This document shows positions 1 to 11,978 of a DNA stretch of 64,000 bases, in pieces. Position numbers and translations under genes: made by a program. Numbering within the stretch: position 1 is the first letter of the stretch; the number at the start of each line of letters is the position of its first letter. The notes below the pieces were generated by a model that worked only from the letters and a program-made list of their open reading frames with translations, did no database searches and had not been told where the DNA came from. This DNA is from Callorhinchus milii (Eukaryota), in the NCBI RefSeq assembly GCF_018977255.1, contig NW_024704742.1:32118001-32182000 (forward strand), read 5' to 3'.

Positions 1-3000
1 CTCAACAATCATAATAATGATCCTTGCATTTAATTGCTTTTAAAGTTTTCAAAGTGCTTCACTTTGCTGTCAAGTGTAGGATGCTATCATACAGAAATAG
101 CCAAAACATCTTCCACAACTGCACAGGCTGTCTTAAAAAGTCAAATTGAATGCCTGTAATTAGGCAGCAGCAACAATACATCAAAGTCTGGAGATACTGT
201 ATTTTAAAGTCTGAGATCCATTGAATAAAGGTTACTGATATACTTTTAACTTGAAATAGGCACTAATATGTAAAGGATGTATATTGATGGAACTAAGAAA
301 TCTTGTATTATCCTGATAAGGGATTTAAATGTGTAGAGCTCGTGAATAATTATATACCTAGTGGTATGACTCAGGGTTGGTTTAGAAGGAGATAGAAAAT
401 GTAAATGGAGAAACAGAAAACCAATCCAATTCATTGTCTCAACTGCTATAATTTTACAGCCTCCCAATCTTGCCCCATTTTTTTCCCTGCCACTCCTAAA
501 TGTGGTGACTTTCTGGGATGCATTTCTATGGGTGGTATCCATCATCTAGTAACTTGCCTAAGTGATCATTCTTCATGTACGATCCTTAACAGTGAGTGTC
601 TGCAGCATTTGACCAAGGGAGCAAAATAGATCATTTTGGTTCTTTTCCCACCCAATATCCATGCGCACTTTCAGCAGTGTTAATAATGCGACAGGAGGTG
701 ATAAGAGTATAGTGTTTACTTTATAAAACAAACAGTAAAGCTCACTATCTATAATTAACTTTGACATAAAACAATACAATAATAATGACACAGATATAGG
801 AAACAAACACGTGTCCAGACACTGTTCCTTTCTCCAGACCAAAGGAGTAGTACTGACGATACAGGTACAACAACACATATCCAGGTACTGTTTCATACTC
901 CAGACTAAACAGTAGACCTGGGATCACAACTTGACATACACTGGAGAGATCAGCCCCTGGAAATACCCTGAGAGACAACTGACTCTTGTAATACCAACAC
1001 TAATCAGGGACTGGTGATCGGTAAACCCTTGGACCCAACAGTCATACCCACCAATATTCATTCAACAATGGGAACAGCAAATCACAAAGAGTGGCTCCGG
1101 TAAACTCAACAGACACAACGAACTGTTAGCCCAGACCTAACTCATACTGCCTAACCTGACTCCTGGGTTTCCCTGGAGCAACTACTACTACTGTTATTAC
1201 TTCTCTGCTTAGCAAACAGAACCCAAACCACATTACCCACTATTCCCCCTCTTTCACTTTTAATGGTCACTTTCTTATTGGAGGTAAATTCCCTCACCCT
1301 GTAGATACAGTAGAATTGATATCGATTCCATTTGGGAAGTGTGCTGACCTTCTACGCAACTCTATTTCCAAGTTACATCTTTCTTTTACTTGTTTCCAAC
1401 TCCACCTATACCCTTATCACAGAGATAGCCCCCACCCTTTGCATCTGCTTTTCACAGACAGCGATATAGACAACTTCTGGGCAGCCTTCCACAGCCTGCG
1501 TGTTCCTCAGCCTTGAGGCAGGTGTCTGAGGCTGCAGCACTTTTCTTTCTGTGGTCCAATATTCTTACATCTATGTTCAAGGTCCCGATTGGTCATTATC
1601 TCAGAGAAGTGAACATCTTTCCAGGAAAATATGAAATGTAATCAGAAGCTGACCTCAGCCCATCCAGCAAAGCTACTTTTAACTATTTAACTATCAAATC
1701 TTCTGGAACATTCGGTTACTGTTTGAAATATACCAATGTATCCCGAGGTGATAGTCAATATATTTCAACAGCACAGGTCATGGGATATAAATCGGAAACA
1801 AATATCCTGACTTATTTTTGCTCAGGAATATGGAAGCCATTTGTAGCACTCAATTTTGTTGTGGATGACGCAACTTAATGGTAGGTACTCTACAAGCGGG
1901 ACAATTATCCACTGAGACAACGAAGGTGCCCATCTCTGCAATAGGCTATTCATGACAGAAGGTTGTAGGTCTTTGCTGAGTGAGCTGATTTCAGCCATGG
2001 CGGTTATTGAGGTGCCACAATTGACCTCAACACCATTGTGTCAGGGAGCAGGAAATCAATCAGTATTCCTGCTACTGATCACTCTCCAAAGTCTTAAAAT
2101 TATCATGGAGCAACATATCCTATATTAAACGCCAGTTTAAACAATTAGAATTGCACATGCCAGCACATAAATTATTAAATAAGGTCTGTATAGAGACAGA
2201 TAAATTCAGCAGACTGGAGCCAGAGGAAATAAATTCCTCAAAAAGTGCCAAAGGTCAGTAGGTTACTCAGCAACAGAGATTAGAATAAGAAGACAGAATC
2301 CTAAAGGAAGGTGATAATGTTCCAGCCTCATACTAAGTGCATGACCTATAACCTAAAGTATGTTTGATGGTTACAAAGGGATGAGAAATATGTAGAGACT
2401 TAAGTCAAAGAGCTCAGGACCAGGAGTTTCTAGAGATTGAAACAGTAAATTGTCACTCCATCTTACATTGGGAGCTAACAAGCTTTCTATAGGATTTGGA
2501 ACAAAAAGGGAATAAGATTAAAATAATAAGAAACAGATTGTTGTATTTGTTTAAAGTACAAACATTCGGGTTGAAAGCTAGTTTGACTAATGTACTTTTC
2601 CAAAATTCTCCTTGGTCTCAAAACTTATTATGTTTGCACCCGTAGTATTTACTTCAAAGTGTAGCTTCAAAGTGTAATGTTTCATTTTTCAATAATAGGT
2701 GAATCATCTGTCTGCATTTCATGTTTTGAGAGTCATATTTTAATTCCTTTGGCAGTTAATCAGATTTTACCAGGTGACATACATATCACTTTACACAGGT
2801 GGGGCTCTGGCCTAAAATTATCATGGTCTTGGCTTTTGGACCATTGTCTTAAAAGTTATAAAATTGCACAGAATTTTGTAAAGTTCTTTAATTCAATATG
2901 AAAAGCTTTGTTTTCTACAATACTCCAAAACACCATTAAGCAAAACAAAATTAAAACTGAATATAAGAATTGTTTTTTTGTTTCCACTTGTCTCCTATGC

Positions 3001-3845
3001 CTGTCTGTTGTTTAAAATATGTTGAGCAGAAGAACCCATTAGTCAAGTTAGACCTAGTTGTAGGGACTTGCATTCATTAGTGAGGATTGAAGATAAGAGG
3101 CCACCCAGTACACTCTGCGAGAGAGCGATCCATATCGTGGGTGTACACATAAGGGTGATAGAACCGTCTCAAGAGATATTTATTGGAAAGGAATGCATGC
3201 ACTTTCCCTGGAGGAAAACATCCTGCTTACCTAATTCCGGAAAGCAATGGGGACGGGTTGACAAGAGCCAAGACTTGGGGGCCCCAGAGCGTGTGTAGGG
3301 GTAACTGCTGGAGTCTAACCAGCTAAAACCACACAGCTTGCCATTGAAGCACTGCCTGGCAAACGTTCCCGCTGCTTGTCCAGCTCGGACCATCCTACCC
3401 ATTATGGCTTTGGTTCAGAGGGTTAACAGGAACTGAGCGCGAGGATTCCCCGCCCCCAGTGACTGGTCTGCCCTTCCAGGTCCGGCCGATGTGCCATCAT
3501 CAGCCGTGCCCTGGAATAGTGCAAACCCGCCCGGCGCAGGAACCGGACTGCAGGGACCGCCACACAGCGTTCTGACATCCCGTCGCCAAACACGTCACGT
3601 TAAGCTTTACGGAGACCCCACTTCACCTCCATCCCAAGGAGGATAACTCTAGATTATTATTATCATTATCATTATTTGCACGTTCACGTTAAAATTTTAA
3701 AGATGTAATAAAGCGGGAAAATTGCATTTTGATTTGATCGGATTGGATTTGTAATAAAGGCACCTGACTGGCACTTTGTGTTGCAGTCGCTGTGGCGCAA
3801 ACCTGACACCAAACAGCAGCCTTGAGCTCTCTCCTGCTCCACTGC

Positions 3846-4173
3846 AGACAGACAGTCAGACAGACAGACAGTCAGTCAATCAGACAGTCAGTCAGTCAGA
3901 CAGTCAGTCAATCAGACAGACAGTCAGTCAGTCAATCAGACAGACAGACAGTCAGTCAGTCAGTCAATCAGACAGACAGACAGACAGTCAGTCAGACAGA
4001 CAGTCAATCAGACAGTCAGTCAGTCAGTCAGACAGTCAGTCAATCAGACAGACAGTCAGTCAGTCAATCAGACAGACAGACAGTCAGTCAGTCAGTCAAT
4101 CAGACAGTCAGTCAGTCAGACAGTCAGTCAATCAGACAGAAGAGGATCTGTCAGACAGACAGTCAGACAGACA
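3846..4173. repeat. Compound (CAGA/CAGT/CAAT)n tetranucleotide satellite
   Basis: Directly visible tandem 4-mers with an internally duplicated block. Confidence 0.95.
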
Positions 4174-4490
4174 GAGGATCTTGCGCAGTGCGTTGCTGGG
4201 CGACGACGTCACAACGCCTCCAAGTGACGACGCCACAAAGGGTCGTTGCCGTGGGAACGGCGGCTCAGAGCGGAACGTGAGCACGACAGAGACGGACGGA
4301 GGGAGAGAGAGAGAGAGGGAGAGGGAGAGGGGAGGGGGCGCCTCGCGGCCAATGGAGCAGCTACAGTTTGCGGCAGTGCTGTCTGCGCCACTGAGAGCTG
4401 AGAGCTGAGCCGAGCCTCGAGGCCGCCCTCCCGCATTGCACCCGCACGATGCGCTGCAAGTTTCAGTTGTAAAATACAGCCTCGTGCGGA

Positions 4491-4530
4491 ATATATATAT
4501 ATATATATAGATAGATAGATAGATATAGAT
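4491..4530. repeat. (AT)n(AGAT)n microsatellite
   Basis: Directly visible, inside the CpG island upstream of the MATCAP2 ATG. Confidence 0.95.
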
Positions 4531-4758
4531 GACATATGATTATTTATTATAGATGCATAGGATTTCCAAAGAGTGCACCGGTGCCTCCACGCTGTCCCGG
4601 GCGAGTCAGAGAGGCGCTGTCGTTATCGCTGTCTGAACGAAAACCGTCTGTGCCCTCCGGACTGCGGGGGAGGGGTGGGTGGGTGGGGGCCGAGGAGGGG
4701 GCGGGAGGGGGACCGACCTGGCGGACTGGACCGTGTGCAGTGCCGGAGTTTGCTGGGG

Positions 4759-4783
4759 ATGCTGGAGTCAATTCGAGTGACCG
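4759..4783 (+). CDS. MATCAP2: MATCAP2/KIAA0895 coding exon 1 (MLESIRVT + first base of E)
   Basis: ATG CTG GAG TCA ATT CGA GTG ACC G|GTACGT. Matches the vertebrate KIAA0895 N-terminus MLESIRVTEKL as I recall it. In-frame upstream TAG at 4558-4560. Splices in phase 1 to exon 2 and lies in a CpG island. Confidence 0.93.
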
Positions 4784-5511
4784 GTACGTGCTTTTCTTCG
4801 CCACACGTTGTCTGCAGAAACCGCACCTCTCGGTGTGTTGTGAAAGGTCCTTCTCGTCGTCGTCCCCCGTCCCCCCCACAAAATGTCACTGGGGGGGGGG
4901 GGGGTCGAGGCGAGTTGTGGCTTATCTGCTCCCATTCAATCTCCAGAGCACTGGGGGTTCGCCCCCCCCTCTCCCCCCCACCCCCGACGCATTGCAGCTG
5001 CAGTCGTGTGTGTGTGTGTGTGTTTTTTTGTGTGTGTGTGTGGTAAAAATTTTTTTTAGCATTAAATCTCTCTCTCGTGGCTCGAACATAACGTGTTTAT
5101 TCAAGTAGGAGATGTTTAGTAATATTTTCAGGGATGTGCAATAGGACACCCCCCCCCTCCTCCCCCCCTCCCCCCCCCCTCCCCTCCCCCCGAACTTGGA
5201 CTCATTTCGTAATGCATATACCTTTTTTTTAAAAAAACAACTCCCCAAATCAGAGCAATGTTATTGACTGGTTGATGCTGAATGATTGATTCAACCAGGA
5301 GACTGGGTTTGAGGAGTGCACTTGTTGTGATAATAATAATAATAATAATAATAATCCAGAATATTCTGGAGTTTTGATTTGATTTACATTTGAATGATCG
5401 GAGGGTATCTTAATTGCAGAGCCTTCCCTGCCCCTGGGGTTTTGGTGAAATGAAGTCCATGGTGGGCTGTTGGTTTGTTGTACGTGGTCTGTGAGAGCAA
5501 TGGGCTTACGT

Positions 5512-5840
5512 GGAGTCCTGTAGCTCGGTGGTTAGAGCGCTCGCTCTGCAAGCGAGAGACCTGAGTTCAATTCCAGGCAGAGGGCGAAACCTTGGGCAAG
5601 TTTCCTTACTCCACACAGAGCCTAATAATAATAATCCCTCCAAAAAAGCAAAAACAATAATAAATTGGTCGTTTTCGATCCACGACTGTTTGTGGGACAT
5701 CGCTGTGCGCCATTGGCTGCCGCGTTCGCCCACAAATATACAGTCAATTCACTTTACAGTGTGTTCTGTGAAGCGCTTTGGGACGTCCTCCCGACGTGAA
5801 AAGCGCTATATCAAATGCGAGGATTAGTATTATTATTATT
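5512..5840 (+). mobile_element. tRNA(Ala)-derived SINE, short young subfamily, full length
   Basis: A box TAGCTCGGTGG, B box GAGTTCAATTCC, CTCGC-loop-GCGAG anticodon-like arm, L2-type 3' stem-loop, (ATT)n tail. Many near-identical copies in the window. Confidence 0.9.
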
Positions 5841-6754
5841 AATGGACTGAATGACACTTTCTCATTCCGTGCATTGTGATTCATACGATTCTTGCCAATT
5901 TGTGCAATCCTGCTGACTGAATTGCATTTAAGTTTTTTTTAAAAAAACTAATGTCATTTTAAAGGGAAATTACCTACATAGAAAGAAGTGTTTGACAAAC
6001 TAGTCCTCATTTGCTTACATTCAACCTGTTGTATCCTCGTGGATCATATCGGATTGCATCATCATATCAGTTGTGCGTGATATTATTTTGGTGAACATAA
6101 TGGCTGGTTCTTGGCTCTCAAGATGGGAAATTCTCTGATTTGCTGCTCTTTTTGTGTACCACTTCGACCGAGGCCTAAAATTCCACCTAGTCTTAGCCTC
6201 CTGCGGGGAAGGAAGTAAGCCGAGTCTCCTTGAAGTTGAGCTGGCTGCAAGGCTGTAATCAAGGCAATCCTCTGTGGTGGTCTGAGTCGTCCAGTTCATG
6301 AGCCAGACAGGTCTGCAAATCTCTAGGGCGCTGCTGGTGACAGACCAACCAGCCTGGCTTGTCAGTAGGATTCGGAGGGGCAAACTAGTCACTGGGAGCA
6401 GGGAGTATTCACACTCAACCTGTTAACCCTGCAAGTCAAAGACCAAAACACACAGTCAATTCACTTTACAGTATATCCTGTGAAGCACTTTGAGATATCT
6501 CAAAGACGTGATAAGGCGCTATATCCAATGCAAGGCTTATTATTATTAAATGTGGGTCGTGGCTCAACAAGTAGTGGGATGTTTGCCACACAGTGTTTCA
6601 GTGGCAAGCTAGCTGGTACCCCAACACGCTCACTGGTTTCCCTAAACATTGGTTCTTGCCAACCTGTTCATATTCTCTGAATTTAGGTATACATGGTGCA
6701 TCTCTCCAGGGAGAGCACCCGTTTTATTATGGGCACAGGGAAATTTCCATGTAT

Positions 6755-7460
6755 AACAACAACAACAGAATTATATTTGCATAGCGCCTTTCACGTCGGG
6801 AGGACGTCCCAAGGCCGCTGGACAGTCAGCTGAGGGTCGGGATTGGGAGGGTGGAGGACGGGGGGAAGGAGGGTGATCAAAGGCACGGTTGAAGAGGAGG
6901 GTCTTGAGATGGGTCTTGAAGATGGCAAGGGAGGGATTGAGGTAGAGGGACTGCGGGATGGAATTCCAGAGGGTGGGGGCAGAGTAGCTGAAGGCTCGCC
7001 AGCCAATGGTGGGGCAGGTGCGGTGGGGGACATGAAGCTGGCCAGAACCCGCTGAGCGGAGGGAGCGGACAGATTGGTAGGGGGTCAGGTGGTCGTAAGG
7101 GAAAGCAAGGCTATCGAGGGCTTTGAAAGCGAAGACCAGGATCTTGAACTGTTTCCTCTATGTGATGTGAAGCTAATGGAGTTGGATGAGGATGGGAGTG
7201 ATGGAGCCTGGTGCAGGAGAGGACATGGGATGCTGAGTTCTGGATGATCTGCAGCCGATGGAGGGAGGAGTTGGGAGCTGCCGACAAGCAGGGTGTTTGC
7301 ATGGTCAAGCCTAATGTTATGAATGCGTGTATGAGGGTTTCAGTGCCCTGTGGTGTGAGACTGGCAGAGCCGAGCGATGTTGCAGATGTGGAGGAAGGCA
7401 GAGCGGGTCATAGCATGGATGTGGGGTAGAAAGGATAGTTGAGGGTCAAACAAGACGCCA
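6755..7460 (-). mobile_element. L2-clade LINE 3' fragment
   Basis: Degenerate ORF2 end (LHRLQIIQNSA...), 3' stem-loop and (GTT)n tail. Confidence 0.85.
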
Positions 7461-9826
7461 TGTATAAGTGGCATGCATACGTGGAACTCTGTATGGTTGG
7501 ATACTCTTAGTGATGCGTTTCTGCATGCGTTCGACACCTGGATGACCATTTTGCTTTGAAGTATAAGATCTGTGGAAAAATCTTAAATTCAAGTCTTAAT
7601 ATTGGAAGCTGATTTTTTTTAAGAACTACAAAAGACTTCCAAATAAAACTAAACGTATGAATTTTTGCAACTCTGCATAATCCAAAACTTTGAAAATAAA
7701 ATAGTCTTGCAGGCCAAAACTGGATGGAATTTGAGCCTATGAAGTTGAGATTCTTTATGAGTAAACACTTGGGTATGGTCCTGGGAGGCCATCTGATAGC
7801 CTGGAAATAAATTTTGTATCTTTCTAATCATGATTGTGTAAAACAAGAATACTGAAGGGACAGTTGAACCTCACTACAGTTGCCTTTCCCAAACTCATTG
7901 CACTCTGTGGAATGTACTTTTATGATTAAACTCCTGGATCCTGATTTATTTTCTGGAGCTTAAATGGTTAAGGTGCCTATAAAGAGAGGTAAGTAGGCAG
8001 TCATGCGTGCTACAAGTCAACCAACAGACTGATATAATGGACTAGACTCTACACTGATGTAGAAACATTCGCTACATTTTGGCTTGTTTCTACTACACCT
8101 TTGTTTTTGTGATGTTTTATATGTAAACAGTGAATTGTGAAAGTAAAAGGCAGAATGAATGAATCAGATTCTGTGAGGCGAGTGATTGTTTTGAGAAGTG
8201 CAATGATCTGCAATATCAATAACTATTTGTGAATGTTATTGTGACCAAAATGGATAAAATTGAAATTGTGTGATTAGAAACTGTCTGTGTGGTGACCTAC
8301 TTAATGTCTGTATTTTAATAACTTCAGAGACTTCTTGGAAATTGAATGTCAATTAGGGATAAAATTCAAGTGGAGTAAGAACTTCAACATATCTGTTTCA
8401 GACCATCTCAATTGTGTGCAATGTTTTACTTACTGTATAAGCAATCAACTCCATTCAGTAGTGTATTCTGTATCAACAAATCACCTGTGTTTGATGAGGT
8501 ACATGGATTGCAATCTTGTTTTGGCTTCCAATATATTTTAGAGGTTAGTTTATAGTTTCCAGAGATGATTTATCTGGGACCAGACTTGTTCCATTCATTA
8601 AGTATGTCCATATCTGCCAGAGAGGATAGAAGAATCACTGAGGATTCAATTCATTGAAAAGAGGTGCAAAATATGGTTACTCTTGTTTGGTCTTTAATGT
8701 TTTGTAAAATATATCAAAGAGCTGTTAAAATGGAAGAATTAGAATTACAACAACAATTCACAAAAATTTGTACTGATATAGTGCCTTCCAGCAGAGTGCT
8801 TAACTGACGGAGCCTGATGACTATTAAAGATTAGTTTGTCAGGAAAAAAAATTAAAATTAAAGTTTTGACTTGCAAATTACAAAACCATTTGGAAACACT
8901 GACATCTGGAGCTTCTATCTAATTTATTGTTTCCAAATCAGATTTAAATCCTGGAACTGATATTTTAAAAGTCAACATAGATGTTCACATTCCTTCATTG
9001 TTATATTAATTAGGAGTGATTGTTCACTCCTGCTTTGAAAATGAGAAAACAATTGCTGCTATTAACATTGGGAACATGCTTTTCATAGAAAACAGTATAA
9101 GCTGCAGCAACTCCTTTTATGTTGTCACAGAGGACTTGTGATCTCCTTACACAACATAAGGCCTTGTATTGTATTTGCATCTCCATTCTTTTCTCCAGTC
9201 ATCTGTTAATCTGTGTCTTGGAAACCAGGAGGGTTAGCAAAAGAATCGGGAGAATGAAAGAAATGTCTTAATTTGGAGTGTTGTTAAGGTAGTGTATTCA
9301 TTTGCCACAAGTGGTTATTGAGGCTGGATCAATTGAATTATTTAAAAGGAAACTGGATAAGCAGCCAAACAGTAAAATGGAATGAGCCAGAAAGCAGGAT
9401 TAATAATAAAAGGTGAAAGAAAATCCGGTACTAGTGGCAGATACATCGGTTAAATTGGCTTCTCTGCTGAAAATTTATTTTTTAAACTTTTGGAGTACTA
9501 TTGTTTTACATTTTAGAGCTTCATTTAATTTCTACATGAGCGTTCGCCAAATGTTTTTGTACTTTTTTTGTTGCTGGTTTTCTATTTTTATTGGAACAGA
9601 ATTGAAGGACTTGATATGAAGATGTTGGTTACCAGCATTACTGTGATTCATTGCCATTGGTCAATCCAGCAGCCAGCTTTATAAGTTTTAAAGAACTTAT
9701 TCTCTTTCCACTGCCTGAAACCCTTGTGCTTGTATCGATCGCTTACATTTTACAACCAGCTGTTGGCTGCTTCAAGACTGTTGATGAGATTCAGTAGGAA
9801 TGCCTGCAATCCGTTTTGTAAAAAGG

Positions 9827-10139
9827 AATAATAATAATAATAATCCTTGCATTTGATATAGCGCTTTTCACGTCGGAAGGACGTCCCAAAGCGCTTCACA
9901 GAACACACTGTAAAGTGAATTGACTGTAAATTTGTGGGCGAACGCGGCAGCCAATTGCGCACAGCAATGTCCCACAAACAGTCGTAGATTGAAAATGCCC
10001 AATTTATTATTGTTTTTGGAGGGATTATTATTAGGCGTGTGGAGTAAGGAAACTTGCCCAAGGTTTCGCCCTGCCTGGAATTGAACTCAGGTCTCTCACT
10101 TGCAAAGCAAGTGCTCTAACCACTAAGCTACAGGACTCC
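9827..10139 (-). mobile_element. tRNA-derived SINE, short young subfamily
   Basis: Reverse-complement match to the 5512 copy from head to (ATT)n tail. Confidence 0.9.
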
Positions 10140-10214
10140 AGGGGGAATGAAGACAGGATGGTGTCACTTGATGCTTCTCATTGTTTTAAGCAAAGTCTCG
10201 GAGCCCAATTTGTA

Positions 10215-11120
10215 TAACAACAACAATTTGCACTTATATAGAGCCCTCCCTGCAGGGAGCATCTCAGAGCACTTAACAGTGGTGGAGCCTGACTCCGATC
10301 CAGGGGGAGGTGTCCGAAAGCACGGTCGAAGAGGAAGGTTTACAGGCAGGACTTGAAAAGGGGGAGAAAGGGGGCAAGGCGGAGGGATTGAGGGAGAGTG
10401 TTCCAGAGTTTTGGGAGCATAGTGGCTGAAAACGTGACCTCCGATGGTGGGGCGGAGGGTGCGAGGGATGAGCAGGAGGTCAGTGCCAGTCGAGTGGAGG
10501 CACCGAGTGGTGGATTGGGGAGTGAGGAGGTCAGAAAGGTAGGGAGGTGCCCAGGGAGTGGATGGATTTCATTCCCGGGGGCTCGAACCGGACGCCTAGA
10601 TTGCACAATGGTTCGGTGAATCTGAGGGAGAGATCAGGAAGGTTGAGGAGTTTAGATCTGCAGGAGTGAAGAAGTTGATGGGATCCAAATAGTATGGACT
10701 CCATCTTGTCCACATTCAGCTGCAAGAAGTTTGCACTCATCCAGGCCCTGATGTCAGGCAGACAAGCTGAAAAACATCGGCGGACCTGGAGTTGGTACTG
10801 GAGGAGGCAAAGTAGATTTGTGTGGAAGTTTACCCCGTGTCTGCGGATGACATTGCCCAGAGGGAGCATGTAGACAAGGAAAAGAGGGCCAAGGATGGAA
10901 CCCTCGGGTATCCTGCAGGTGACCGAGCAGGGGTGTTAGGAGAAACCATTTGCCGAAGTGAAACGGAGGCATTTGGTTAAGTAGGACTCGAACCATGCGA
11001 GTGCGGTCCCACTAAGGTGAATGAGGGAGGAGAGGCAGTGGAGGAATATGATGTGGTAGACTGTGTTGAACACGCCAGAGAGATCCAGGAGGACGAGGAG
11101 GCAGAGGGAGCCCCGGTCAC
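10215..11120 (-). mobile_element. L2-clade LINE fragment (second subfamily), internally deleted
   Basis: [29 protein letters not shown]; (GTT)n tail at ~10215. An inverted homologous piece lies at ~11190-11410 (+). Confidence 0.8.
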
Positions 11121-11431
11121 AGATAGGGAGGATGTTGCTTGTGACTTTGACAAGCTGTCTCCGTTCTGTGGGCAGGATGAAAACCAGATAATCTCCTCAC
11201 TTCCCAATCCACCACCCGGCGCCTCCAATCGTCTCTCGCACCCTCCGCCCCACCATTGGAGGTCGTGCTTTCAGCCACGACACACCAAATCTCTGAAACA
11301 CTCTCCCTCAATCCCCCATCTTGCCCCTTTTATAAATCCAGCCTGAAAACCTTCCTCTTCGACCATGCTTACAGCCACCTCTACTGCCCCCCCCCCCCCC
11401 CCCACGGCTCAGAGTCAGGCTTATTTTTTCA

Positions 11432-11765
11432 AAATAATAATAATCCTCGCATTTGACATAGTGCTTTATCATGTCTTCGAGACGTCTCAAAGTGCTTTGC
11501 GAATATACTGTAAAGTGAATTGACTGCAATATTTTGTGGGCGAAACGTGGCAGCCAATTGCGCACAGCAATGTTCTACAAACAGTCATGGATTGAGTAAC
11601 CAAATCATCATTTATTTATTTATTTATGGAGGAATCGACTAACAACTGGATTCCTACTTACTGCTAGGTAAACAGACACGTGTGTGGGGTAAGAAAATTT
11701 GGCATAAGGTTTCACCCTGCCAGGGAATCAAACGCGGGTCCTCTCGCTTGCGAGGCGATTGCACT
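11432..11765 (-). mobile_element. tRNA-derived SINE, older long subfamily
   Basis: Has the TGTTTACCTAGCAGTAAGTAGGAA central segment and a TCGAA-loop tail. Confidence 0.85.
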
Positions 11766-11978
11766 GCTGTGTAAGAAGCAAAGTGGGCACTTTCTTTCAC
11801 AACCTATGTGCACCACTCACATCACGAGCTGGTCTCTGTTAATTCAGCGCAATGGCTCAGTGGCAAGAGAGGAGAGCAGAGATGAAAGAGGGAAGCTTTG
11901 TCGCCGTTTGAGGAGAGTTTGTGCAGTCAGGTGCTTCTTGAGAGGGGGGGGGGGGAAAGCACCCGGCTCCGAGGGCAC

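Larger units (their letters stand above)
4180..5010 (+). promoter_or_regulatory. CpG-island promoter / first exon region of MATCAP2
   Basis: Dense CpG in a CpG-poor background. X-box-like GTTGCTGGGCGAC (4192-4204) and GTTGCCGTGGGAAC (4245-4258), CRE-like GACGTCA (4205-4211), CCAAT (4349-4353), GC boxes and G-tracts. Confidence 0.8.

Noticed and set aside
5..4180. ANLN first exon expected from human synteny
   Set aside because: No MDPFTEKLLERTRARRENL-like coding sequence found by eye on either strand.
3776..4408. Q/S/T/D-rich 210-aa and 152-aa ORFs
   Set aside because: Translations of a tetranucleotide satellite that lacks stops on this strand.
4536..5248. Several 90-190 aa ORFs over the MATCAP2 CpG island
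   Set aside because: Stop-poor GC-rich, low-complexity sequence; only MLESIRVT has homology support and a splice donor.
5512..5590. tRNA-Ala(TGC)-like sequence
   Set aside because: It is the head of a multi-copy SINE, continuous with SINE body and tail, without a proper acceptor stem.
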